In this document: positions 26,600-35,459 of the stretch, one piece after another | Layout: the number at the start of each line of letters is the position of its first letter | How positions within the stretch are numbered: position 1 is the first letter of the stretch | DNA from: Vicinamibacterales bacterium | GTDB lineage: Bacteria > Acidobacteriota > Vicinamibacteria > Vicinamibacterales > UBA2999 | NCBI GenBank assembly: GCA_050748045.1 | Contig: JBOGIW010000612.1 | Location: 14,573-78,572, forward strand | Length of the DNA: 64,000 nucleotides | Direction: 5' to 3' | Made by a program: the position numbers and the translations under genes | The notes under the pieces: generated by a model | Told to the model about the DNA's origin: nothing | Databases searched by the model: none | Seen by the model: only the letters and a program-made list of their open reading frames with translations

Positions 26600-28591
26600 A
26601 TGAACACCTTTCGAGTGACGCTGATCAACATGCCTTTCGGCGATCTGCAGATGCCTTCGCTCGGCCTGATGCAGCTCAAGGCGAGGCTCGAGTCGGTCTT
26701 CAAAGACCGTGTCAGCTGCCGGATTCTGTATCTGAGCAACGACTACGCGCGTTACCTCGGCCTGGACGTCTACACGCGGATCGTCGCCTCGACCGAGCTG
26801 CAGGTCACCGGTCTCGGCGACTGGTTCTTCCGCCAGCTCGCCTTCCCCGAGGAACCGGACAACGAGCGCGGGTACTTCCGCAGATACTTCAACGCGAAAG
26901 ACGACGCAACCGTGCGGCTCCGCGAGCGGCTGCGCGATCGGCGGCCCGGCCTCGAAGCGTTCACGGAGCGTCTCATCGACGCCTGTGACCTGCGCTCGGC
27001 CGACCTGGTCGGCCTCACGTCGATGTTCTCGCAGAATGTCGCCTGCTTCGCCATGGCGCGTCTGCTCAAGCGGTCGCAGCCCGCACCGCTCGTCGTGATG
27101 GGCGGCGCGAATTGCGAGGCGCCGATGGGAAAAGTCATCGCCGATCACGTCGAGTGGCTGGACGCCGTCTTCTCGGGACCGGCCTTGCACAGCTTCCCCG
27201 AGTACGTCGAGGCGTGCATGGATGGCCGGCCCGAGCGGATTCAGTCGATCGAAGGCGTCTTCACGCGACAGGGTCGCCAGCTGCTGGCCAGGAATGGCCT
27301 GCTCACAATGGCGCAGCCGGCCGTGCCGCCGTTCGGCAAGGAGCTCGACATCAACACCACCATCGAGCCCGACTACGACGAGTTCCTGGATCAGTTCTCC
27401 ACCCACTTTCGCGGCGAGGCGATGAAGCCGACCCTGACCTTCGAAACGTCGCGCGGGTGCTGGTGGGGCGCGAAGGCGCACTGCACGTTCTGCGGGCTGA
27501 ACGGGTCGAACATGACCTACCGGGCGCTCGACTCGCGCAAGGCGGTGGAGCAGTTCCAGCGTCTCTTCACCTACGCCGATCGCAGCTCGTTCTTCTTCTC
27601 GGTGGACAACATCCTGCCGACGAATTACCCGACCGAGGTGCTGCCGCTCCTCGACGCACCTCCGAACGTCAAGATCTTCTACGAGGTGAAGGCGGACCTC
27701 AGCGACAAGACGCTCGCCTCGCTGGCGCGCGCCGGCGTCCGGATCGTGCAGCCGGGAATCGAAGCGCTTTCGACCTCCACGCTGAAGCTGATGAGAAAGG
27801 GCACGAGCGCCTTCAGCAACATCGCGTTCCTGAAGGGGTGTCTGCAACACGACATCAAGCCGCTCTGGAACCTGCTCATCGGCTTTCCAGGCGAGCAGGC
27901 CGCCGTCTACGAGAAGTACCAGCGCGACATCCCGCTGCTTGCGCACCTGCCGCCGCCGAGCGGCGTGTTCCCGATTCGCTTCGATCGATACAGCCCGTAC
28001 TTCACCAAGGCCGCCGAGTACGAGCTGTCGCTCGAGCCAATGGAGTTCTACCGGCTCGTGTACCCCTTCCCGCAGGCCGCGATCGCCGATCTCGCCTACT
28101 ACTTCGTCGACGTGAACCCGAACGCGTCGTACATGCTCAACATGGCTGAATGGCACGGACCGCTGAACCATGCCGTCGACCGCTGGAAGCGTCGATGGCT
28201 CGACGGCGACTGCGGAGCCGTCCGCCCCGTCCTGCACGTCACGAACGGCTCCGAGGGGGTCGTGGTCCACGATTCACGCTTCGACCGCGAAGCGGCCTAC
28301 CGGCTGACGACGGAACAGGCGAGGTGCCTGCATCGGCTGGCGCTGCCGGCGCGCAGCGCCGACCTCGCCCAGCTCTCGAGAGAAATCCCAACCATCGTCG
28401 TCGAGCGCGAGCTCGCGTTTCTGCGCGACAGACGCCTCGTATTCGAGGAGGGCGACCGCCTGGTCGGCCTCGTCAGCAACGCCGAGCTGGCAGCGCCAGC
28501 CCTTCAGGATCTCGTTTCGCGCGCTCCCGAGCCTCTGGAGGTAGCGGCCGCGGAAGCAGACGTTCACATAGCCTCGTTCGCCTGCTCGTAA
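26600..28591 (+). CDS. B12-binding radical SAM enzyme of the 'RiPP maturation radical SAM protein 1 / C-methyltransferase' type (TIGR03975-like; PoyB/PoyC family)
   Basis: N-terminus MNTFRVTLINMPFGDLQMPSLGLMQLKARL. Extended cluster motif FETSRGCWWGAKAHCTFCGLNG (Cx8CxxC, characteristic of this family). VQPGIEALS, LWNLLIGFPGE. Confidence 0.8.
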   Translation: MNTFRVTLINMPFGDLQMPSLGLMQLKARLESVFKDRVSCRILYLSNDYARYLGLDVYTRIVASTELQVTGLGDWFFRQLAFPEEPDNERGYFRRYFNAKDDATVRLRERLRDRRPGLEAFTERLIDACDLRSADLVGLTSMFSQNVACFAMARLLKRSQPAPLVVMGGANCEAPMGKVIADHVEWLDAVFSGPALHSFPEYVEACMDGRPERIQSIEGVFTRQGRQLLARNGLLTMAQPAVPPFGKELDINTTIEPDYDEFLDQFSTHFRGEAMKPTLTFETSRGCWWGAKAHCTFCGLNGSNMTYRALDSRKAVEQFQRLFTYADRSSFFFSVDNILPTNYPTEVLPLLDAPPNVKIFYEVKADLSDKTLASLARAGVRIVQPGIEALSTSTLKLMRKGTSAFSNIAFLKGCLQHDIKPLWNLLIGFPGEQAAVYEKYQRDIPLLAHLPPPSGVFPIRFDRYSPYFTKAAEYELSLEPMEFYRLVYPFPQAAIADLAYYFVDVNPNASYMLNMAEWHGPLNHAVDRWKRRWLDGDCGAVRPVLHVTNGSEGVVVHDSRFDREAAYRLTTEQARCLHRLALPARSADLAQLSREIPTIVVERELAFLRDRRLVFEEGDRLVGLVSNAELAAPALQDLVSRAPEPLEVAAAEADVHIASFACS

Positions 28592-28618
28592 CCAGGAGTT
28601 GCGTTACGGAGGATCATC

Positions 28619-29770
28619 ATGCACCAAGGCAGCGCACCGGCAAACCGACTGGGAATCACGGGCGTCGATCACATGTTGCTGTACGCGGGCAATGCGCATC
28701 AGACCGCCCATTTCTACAGTGCGGCGTTCGGCTTCCGAATCCTCGGATATTCCGGTCTCGAAACGGGACACCGCAACCAGGCGTCCTGGGTTCTCGGGCA
28801 CGGTGACGCAACCCTCGTGGTCACCAGCGGCCTCGACGCCGACGGACCCGCGGCACGACACGTCAATAGACACGGCGACAGCGTCAAAGATGTCGCGTTC
28901 CGTGTAGAGAGCGTCGAACGGGCGTTCGCGGAGGCGGTTCGCGGCGGCGCTCGACCGGTGCTGGAGCCGGCAACCATCGAGGATCAGTACGGTCGTTTCG
29001 TCGTGGCGACCGTGGGAACGGTCGGCGACCTGGTGCATTCGTTCGTCGATCGGCGCGCCTATCACGGGCCGTTCGTGCCGGGGTACGTCCCGAAGGTATC
29101 GCGGGCCCGCACGCGCCGACTCGCGATCACCGCCTTCGACCATTTTGCGGTCGCCCTCACGGCCGGAACGCTCGACGCGTGGGTAGACTTCTACCGTTGT
29201 GCGCTCGGCTTTCATGAGTGCCACGAGCAGAGGATCGACACGGGAAAGACCGGCATGCGATCGCGCGTGATGGCCGGCGGGCCCGCCGGCGTGGTCTTTC
29301 CGCTGCTCGAGCCGGTCGACGGCGCCAGCCGCTCCCAGGTGCAGGAGTTTCTCGACTTCAACTGCGGCCCCGGGGTGCAGCATGCCGCCATCCACACCAC
29401 CGACATCATCGCGGCGGTTCGCTCGCTGATTCACATGGGCATGGAGTTCGTCCACACGCCGGACGCGTATTACGAAGCGGTGCCGTCGCGCATGGGTCGG
29501 CTCGACGAGGATCTCGCCGCACTCCAAGAGCTGCGCATCATGGTCGACAAGGACGATTCCGGCTATCTGTTCCAGATCTTCACGAAGTCCGTCACCGGAC
29601 GGCCCACGTTCTTCATCGAGCTGATCCAGCGGAAGGGATCGCGCGGGTTCGGCGCCGGCAACGTTCGCGCCTTGTTCGAAGCGATCGAACGAGAGCAGGC
29701 GGTGCGCGAGCGCGCAGCCGAGTACGGGGACGCGCCGCTCGCGCAAGCCTCCGCGGGAGGCGGCGCGTGA
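28619..29770 (+). CDS. 4-hydroxyphenylpyruvate dioxygenase family enzyme (HPPD or 4-hydroxymandelate synthase; not distinguishable by eye)
   Basis: Two VOC-fold halves. VDHMLLYAGNAHQTAHFY.., FDHFAV, GPGVQHAAIHTTDI, YLFQIFTKSVTGRPTFFIELIQRKGSRGFGAGNVRALFEAIE. GGAGG RBS. Confidence 0.85.
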   Translation: MHQGSAPANRLGITGVDHMLLYAGNAHQTAHFYSAAFGFRILGYSGLETGHRNQASWVLGHGDATLVVTSGLDADGPAARHVNRHGDSVKDVAFRVESVERAFAEAVRGGARPVLEPATIEDQYGRFVVATVGTVGDLVHSFVDRRAYHGPFVPGYVPKVSRARTRRLAITAFDHFAVALTAGTLDAWVDFYRCALGFHECHEQRIDTGKTGMRSRVMAGGPAGVVFPLLEPVDGASRSQVQEFLDFNCGPGVQHAAIHTTDIIAAVRSLIHMGMEFVHTPDAYYEAVPSRMGRLDEDLAALQELRIMVDKDDSGYLFQIFTKSVTGRPTFFIELIQRKGSRGFGAGNVRALFEAIEREQAVRERAAEYGDAPLAQASAGGGA

Positions 29771-32634
29771 CACCGGCGGCACGCTGCAGTTGCGGCGGCC
29801 ACGATTGGCCGCGCGCGATCGGCGACCACGCACGGCGGCAGCCGCAGCGGACGGCGGTCGTCTGGACGGGCGGGCGCCTCACCTACGGCCAGCTCGTCAC
29901 GTTGAGCGGCGCGCTCGCCCATCACCTGCGCGACGTGACGCCGTCGCGGCCGGCGCGCATCGGCGTCTGCCTCGATCGTTCGTGGCGAGCCGTCGTGGCG
30001 GTGCTCGGCATCCTCGAAGCGGAATGCATTTACGTGCCGCTCGACGCGAGTCACCCCCTCGAACGCCTCCAGGCCGTCATCGAGGACGCACAGCTCGACG
30101 CGCTCCTCGTCGAGCGGCCGACCGCCAGCCTCATCCCCGATTCTGCGCGCCCGATTGCGTGCGTGATCGACGATCTCCTCGCGCCTGCGCCCGCCGCCGG
30201 GTCAGGCACGGAACCGGCGGTCTGCCGCTGCCGCGAGCTGGCGTACATCATGTACACCTCGGGAACGACCGGCACGCCGAAGGGCGTGATGATCGAGCGC
30301 CGCAATCTCGCCGCGTGCTTGGCCGCGAGCCAGGAGCGATTCGAGTGGCGGCGGTCCGACAAGCTGGCAGCGGTGGCGCCGTGGGCCTTCGATATCTCCC
30401 TCTTCGAGATCCTCAACCCGCTCGTCGCTGGCGGATCCGTCTGGATCGTCGGCAAGGTGGAAATACTGAATGCACGGGCGCTGACCGACGTGCTCGCCCG
30501 CTGCACGATGTTCCATGCCGTGCCGGCGCTCATGCAGGGCCTGGTCGGACACCTGAGGAACACCACCACGTCCCTGCCGTCGCTCGCAACCGTCTTCGTG
30601 GGCGGCGACCGCGTGCCGCCGGATCTGCTGGCGTCGCTGCGCGACGTGTTTCCGCACGCGCAGGTCCACGTCCTCTACGGGCCGACCGAAGCGACGATCA
30701 TCAGCACCTCCCATCGCGTGTCCGCAGACCTGCGTGCCGACGCGATCATCGGCTCCGCTCTCCCCGGCTCGATCGTCAAGGTCGTCCCGCTGGAACCGTC
30801 GGGCACGAGCGGAGAGATCTGGATTGGCGGCGAGGGCGTAGGCCGCGGCTATTGGCGGCGCGACGATCTCACGCAGGCGCAATTCGTCAAGCGCGACGGC
30901 GATCGCTACTATCGCACCGGCGACCTCGCGCGCGTGCAGCCGGACGGGAACCTGGTCTTCCTCGGGCGCCTCGACCGGCAGGTCAAGATTCGCGGACAGC
31001 GCATCGAGCCCGCCGAGATCGAGATTGCGCTTCGTCGCCATCCCGGCGTGCTCGACGCCGCGGTGGCACCGCGCGTGAACAGCAACGGCGACACCACGCT
31101 GGCCGCCTGGGTGGTGCCGGTCGCAGGCGACAGTCGCACGCACATGTGGCCGTCCGTGGGCGAATACCCCCTTTACGACGAGCTCATCTATCGCGGCCTG
31201 ACGAGCGATGAGGAACGAAATCGCGCCTACCTCCACGCGCTGACGTGCACAGCGCCCGGTCGAGTCGTCGTAGACGTCGGCACCGGCGCCGACGCGATTC
31301 TGGCGCGAATGGCGGCGCAAGCGGGCGCCCGCCGTGTCTACGCGATCGAAGCCCGTGAAGACGCCTTTCGAGCCGCTGTCGCGTGCGTCGCCAACGCTGG
31401 CATGTCCGATCGAATCCAGGTGATCAAGGGCGACGCCCGCCAGGTCGCGTTGCCCGAACAACCCGAGGTATGTGTCTCCGAAATATTCGAGTCGATCGGG
31501 GGCGCGGAAGGTGCCGGGATGATTCTCTCCGCCGTCCGCCGACAGCTCTGCGGTGCGCGCGTCATGGTGCCGTGGCAGGTGACGACGATGGTCGCCGCGG
31601 TGTCGATCCCGGACTCGTCGAGGAAGGCGCCGCGCTTCGATCCCGTCGCCGCGTACTACGTCGAGAAGGCGTTCGCCGCATTCGGCCGCCCGTTCGACAT
31701 TCGTCTCTGTGTGCGCGGGGCGTCGCGCGAGTGGCTGCTCTCGGGCGAAGACGTCTTCGAGCGCCTCGATCTCGACGATCCCGGGACGACGCGGTCGGAC
31801 CGGCGGGCACATCTCCGCATCCAGCGCAAGGGAACGGTGGACGGATTTCTGCTCTGGCTCCGGCTCACGATGCCGGACGGTCGTGTCCTCGATACGCTCG
31901 ACACGGCGACCTCGTGGTTTCCGGCGTTCGTACCGGCATTCGACGGAGCCGCGGTTGAACCAGGCGACGAGTTGATCGCCGATTGCGTGTCGCGCCTCTC
32001 GGCGGACGGCGTGCATCCGGACTATGCTCTGCGCGGAACGCTCACGCGCCCCGGCCGCCGCCACCTTGGTTTCGACTGCGACCTGGCGTACCGGCCGCAA
32101 CACTTCCGCCGCGACCTGTTCTACCAGCAGCTGTTCCACGACTCGGGCGTGCCGGCGCGAGGACTGACGATCGACGCGAGCGAGATCAGGCGGCACGCCG
32201 CCAGCCTGCTGCCGGCCCACATGATTCCCTCCACGGTCACCCTCGTCGAACGCCTTCCGCTGACGCCGAACGGGAAGCTCGATTACGCGGCGTTGCCCGA
32301 GCCGACGGTCGCGCGATCGCCGGCGCTCAGCGGCTACGCGCCTCCCACCGACGAACGTGAGCGACGCATGGTCGGCATCTGGGAACAGGTTCTCGACGCA
32401 TCCCCCATCGGCGTGCGCGACAGCTTCTTCGATCTCGGCGGCGACTCACTCACGGCGTTGCGGCTGATCGAGCGTGTCCGGCACGAACTCGATGTCGACA
32501 TTCCGCTCGCCAGTCTGTACCGCGATCAGACCGTCGAGCGCCTGGTGCAATCGCTCGCCGGCCGCCCGCCGGACAGGGCGGATCGCGCGCGCGCACGGCT
32601 CGCGCGGCTCACGCCGTGCGACGTACACCTGTGA
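29767..32634 (+). CDS. Stand-alone NRPS A-T didomain whose A domain is interrupted by a PRMT-like class I methyltransferase (A-MT-T, no C domain)
   Basis: A: YTSGTTGTPKG, LYGPTE, YRTGDL, KIRGQRIEPAEIE. Insertion: PSVGEYPLYDELIYRGLTSDEERNRAY..VVDVGTGADAILARMAAQAGARRVYAIEAREDAF (arginine-methyltransferase-like motifs I/post-I). A10: PNGKLDYAALP. T: FFDLGGDSL. Code approx DIFHFGLIIK (unassigned). GTG 29767 overlaps the previous stop (GTGA). Confidence 0.85.
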   Translation: MTPAARCSCGGHDWPRAIGDHARRQPQRTAVVWTGGRLTYGQLVTLSGALAHHLRDVTPSRPARIGVCLDRSWRAVVAVLGILEAECIYVPLDASHPLERLQAVIEDAQLDALLVERPTASLIPDSARPIACVIDDLLAPAPAAGSGTEPAVCRCRELAYIMYTSGTTGTPKGVMIERRNLAACLAASQERFEWRRSDKLAAVAPWAFDISLFEILNPLVAGGSVWIVGKVEILNARALTDVLARCTMFHAVPALMQGLVGHLRNTTTSLPSLATVFVGGDRVPPDLLASLRDVFPHAQVHVLYGPTEATIISTSHRVSADLRADAIIGSALPGSIVKVVPLEPSGTSGEIWIGGEGVGRGYWRRDDLTQAQFVKRDGDRYYRTGDLARVQPDGNLVFLGRLDRQVKIRGQRIEPAEIEIALRRHPGVLDAAVAPRVNSNGDTTLAAWVVPVAGDSRTHMWPSVGEYPLYDELIYRGLTSDEERNRAYLHALTCTAPGRVVVDVGTGADAILARMAAQAGARRVYAIEAREDAFRAAVACVANAGMSDRIQVIKGDARQVALPEQPEVCVSEIFESIGGAEGAGMILSAVRRQLCGARVMVPWQVTTMVAAVSIPDSSRKAPRFDPVAAYYVEKAFAAFGRPFDIRLCVRGASREWLLSGEDVFERLDLDDPGTTRSDRRAHLRIQRKGTVDGFLLWLRLTMPDGRVLDTLDTATSWFPAFVPAFDGAAVEPGDELIADCVSRLSADGVHPDYALRGTLTRPGRRHLGFDCDLAYRPQHFRRDLFYQQLFHDSGVPARGLTIDASEIRRHAASLLPAHMIPSTVTLVERLPLTPNGKLDYAALPEPTVARSPALSGYAPPTDERERRMVGIWEQVLDASPIGVRDSFFDLGGDSLTALRLIERVRHELDVDIPLASLYRDQTVERLVQSLAGRPPDRADRARARLARLTPCDVHL
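31140..32180 (+). other. PRMT-like methyltransferase insertion (approximate borders)
   Basis: The motifs listed above lie between the A8/A9 region and the A10 core. Confidence 0.65.
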
Positions 32635-32647
32635 GCCGGAGACTGTC

Positions 32648-33970
32648 ATGAGCCGCTCCCGACACGTCGAGCTCAAGGCGTGTTTCTCCGATCCGTTGCT
32701 CGACGTGATGACCTTCCTGAACGAAGTCGTGTCCGAATATCCATCGGCCATTTCGTTCGCCCCCGGCCGTCCGCTCGACTCGTCGTTCCAGATCGAGGAA
32801 TCGCTTCCGGCAATCGCCGCGTTCGTGACCGCATCCGCCGCGCGTCGCGGCGTCGCGGCCGGCACCGTCTGGCAGGAGCTCGCGCAATACGGCCGCACCA
32901 ATGGGATCATCCACGAGCTCATCGCCACGCATCTGGCAACGGACGAGGGGATCGTCGCGGATCCAGCGTCGATCGTGGTCACGGTCGGCGCGCAGGAAGC
33001 GATGGCCATCGCCCTCGCCGGTCTGTTCGAGCCGCGTGAGGACGTGCTGCTCGTCAGCGATCCGACGTATATCGGGATCACCGGCCTCGCACGCATTCTC
33101 GGGATACGCGTCGCGCCGGTGCCATCCGGCGATCGCGGTCTGGACGCCGGCGTCGTAGAGCAGGCGATCGCGCGGGCGTCGCGCGAAGGGCGCGTTCGTG
33201 CCCTGTACGACATCCCCGATTTCAACAACCCGCTCGGAACCAGTCTGCCCTTCGAAGATCGATTGCGGCTGCTGGACGTGTGCACCCGTCACGGCGTGCT
33301 CGTGATCGAGGACAATCCCTACGGGATGTTCGCCTACGACAACCAGCGCCTGCCCACTCTCAAGGCGCTCGATCGGGATGGCGTCGTCTTGTACATCGGC
33401 AGTTTCGCCAAAACGCTGTTTCCGGGTCTCCGCCTCGGGTATCTCGTGACGGACCAGCGCACCGCGTGCGGCGAGCCGCTGGCCGCCGCGCTCTCGCGCG
33501 TGAAGAGCCTCATCAGCGTGAACACCTCGCCGATCGTGCAGGCAATCGCCGGTGGGATGCTCCTGAGAAGCGGCGGGTCCCTCGAACCGATCGTGGCGCC
33601 GAAGCGGAACGCGTACCGTGCCCGTCGAGACGCGATGCTCGCGGCGCTGGACCGGCACTTCGGCGGCGGTCCGGTCTCGTGGAGCTCGCCGCAGGGAGGG
33701 TTCTTCCTCACGATGACGCTGCCGTTCGAGTTCGGGCCCGTCGAGCTCCGGCAATGCGCCGCCGACTACGGCGTCATCGTGGCGCCGATGCGCTTCTTCG
33801 GCCTGACCGCGACACGGACCACGCAGATCCGCCTGTCGTTCAGCTACGTCGATCCTGAACGGATCGCCGTAGGTGTCCAGCGTCTGGCTCGTTTCGTTCA
33901 CGATCGTCTGGGAGCAGCCCCGGATGCGTCGTTGTGCGCATGGTCCAACGCATGTAAACTCGCCCGTTGA
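32648..33970 (+). CDS. PLP-dependent aminotransferase, class I/II fold
   Basis: ISFAPGRP.., VTVGAQEAMAIALAGL, EDNPYGMF, SFAKTLFPGLRLGYL (PLP-Lys region), RLSFS. Confidence 0.8.
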   Translation: MSRSRHVELKACFSDPLLDVMTFLNEVVSEYPSAISFAPGRPLDSSFQIEESLPAIAAFVTASAARRGVAAGTVWQELAQYGRTNGIIHELIATHLATDEGIVADPASIVVTVGAQEAMAIALAGLFEPREDVLLVSDPTYIGITGLARILGIRVAPVPSGDRGLDAGVVEQAIARASREGRVRALYDIPDFNNPLGTSLPFEDRLRLLDVCTRHGVLVIEDNPYGMFAYDNQRLPTLKALDRDGVVLYIGSFAKTLFPGLRLGYLVTDQRTACGEPLAAALSRVKSLISVNTSPIVQAIAGGMLLRSGGSLEPIVAPKRNAYRARRDAMLAALDRHFGGGPVSWSSPQGGFFLTMTLPFEFGPVELRQCAADYGVIVAPMRFFGLTATRTTQIRLSFSYVDPERIAVGVQRLARFVHDRLGAAPDASLCAWSNACKLAR

Positions 33971-33975
33971 TCCCG

Positions 33976-35322
33976 ATGCCCCGACGCATGCCCGGCCGAT
34001 GGCTGCTCGGTCCCGTCCTGATCGCGCTGCTCGTGGTCGGGCCTGCCGCCCGGCGTGGGCGCCCGCTGACGATTACCCACGCCACGGTCGTCGACATGGT
34101 GACCGGACGCACGACCCCCGACAGCACAGTGGTGGTACGAGACGGGGTCATCGTGTCGGTGGGGACGCGCACGGCGCCGCCGGCGGGCGCGCACGTCGTC
34201 GACGCCGCGGGCGGCTTTCTGATTCCAGGCCTCTGGGACATGCACGCGCATCACGAGGCCACTGGTGAGACCTCCCTCGGCCTGTACGTCGCCAACGGCG
34301 TCACCGGTACGCGCGACATGGGATCGGATCTCGATGCGGTGCTTCGGCTGCGGGCGATGACCGCGGCCGGTACCCTCCTTGGTCCGCGCATCGTCGCCGC
34401 CGGGCCGATTCTCGACGATGCGCCGGACGACTGGCCGTATCGGCTGCGGGTGCGCACGGCCGACGAAGCGCGGCGCGCCGTTCGCATGCTGAAGACGCGA
34501 GGCGTCGATTTCGTCAAAGTGCACGACCGTACGCCGCGCGAGGCATATCTCGCAATCGTCGAGGAGGCCAGCCAGCACAGCCTGCCCGTGGTCGGGCACG
34601 TGCCGCGCGGGATTACGCTCGAGGACGCCGTGCAGGCAGGGCAACGCAGCATCGAGCACCTCGCGGGGTTCCGCGTCGTGCGCCAATGTTCGGGCGGCGA
34701 GACGTATCGTCGAGAGGCGTGCGCGCCGTTCTTCGCGTGGCTCGCCACACGCGCGGTCTGGCAGACGCCGACGTTGGCATCGTGGCGCAGCCTGATGACC
34801 ATCGGCACCGCACAATCGGATGCGGAGAAAGACCACGTCGAGTACGCCAGCCCTTCACTGCGGGAAGGATGGGCGCTGAATCAGCGCGTGTCCAACTCCA
34901 GCGCCGAACAAGCGCGCCAGCTCGTGGCATCCTCCGACAATGCCGCGATTGCAGTGAGCGATATGCAGAGGGCGGGTGTCGGCATTCTTGCCGGCTGCGA
35001 CGGGCTCGTTCCGGGCTTCTGCGTTCACGACGAGCTCGAGGTGATGGTTCGGGGCGGCATGTCACCGCTCGCGGCGCTGCAGACCGCGACGATCAACCCG
35101 GCGCGGTTTCTCGCTCTCGAGCGGACGCTGGGCGCGGTAGCGGAGGGCAAGGCCGCCGACCTCCTCTTGCTGCAGGCGAACCCGCTCGAGGACATCGCCA
35201 ACGTCAGGAAGATCGAGGGCGTTGTCGTGGCTGGGCGCTGGCTCGATCGGCAGCAACTCGACGCCCTGCTCGCCGACATCAAGCGCCGGTTCAACCCGGC
35301 ATCGCTCGCGCCCGCGAACTAG
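33976..35322 (+). CDS. Metal-dependent amidohydrolase-family protein with an N-terminal signal/anchor
   Basis: MPRRMPGRWLLGPVLIALLVVGPAA, then ITHATVVDM.., FLIPGLWDMHAHH (HxH metal site), DFVKVHD, GILAGCDG, HDELE. TTG 33967 (TTGA overlap with the previous stop) is an alternative start. Confidence 0.8.
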   Translation: MPRRMPGRWLLGPVLIALLVVGPAARRGRPLTITHATVVDMVTGRTTPDSTVVVRDGVIVSVGTRTAPPAGAHVVDAAGGFLIPGLWDMHAHHEATGETSLGLYVANGVTGTRDMGSDLDAVLRLRAMTAAGTLLGPRIVAAGPILDDAPDDWPYRLRVRTADEARRAVRMLKTRGVDFVKVHDRTPREAYLAIVEEASQHSLPVVGHVPRGITLEDAVQAGQRSIEHLAGFRVVRQCSGGETYRREACAPFFAWLATRAVWQTPTLASWRSLMTIGTAQSDAEKDHVEYASPSLREGWALNQRVSNSSAEQARQLVASSDNAAIAVSDMQRAGVGILAGCDGLVPGFCVHDELEVMVRGGMSPLAALQTATINPARFLALERTLGAVAEGKAADLLLLQANPLEDIANVRKIEGVVVAGRWLDRQQLDALLADIKRRFNPASLAPAN

Positions 35323-35459
35323 ATCTCCTTTCGTCCGGACAGCCGATGGCGGCCTGGCCCGCAACCGGCTACGCTTCTCGACCACGGCGGATTCTTCCGC
35401 CGGGCCTTCCTCGAGCTTCCGACATGTCTGGCGGAAGCCCGTTCATCGAAGGTGAGCCG

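Noticed and set aside
35387-35436. Possible alternative hairpins (GGCGGA-ttct-TCCGCC, and TTCCGCC...GGCGGAA) as an attenuator upstream of the small ORF
   Set aside because: The stems are only 6-7 bp, there is no U-tract and no leader peptide logic. In GC-rich DNA this cannot be distinguished from chance without folding energetics or conservation.
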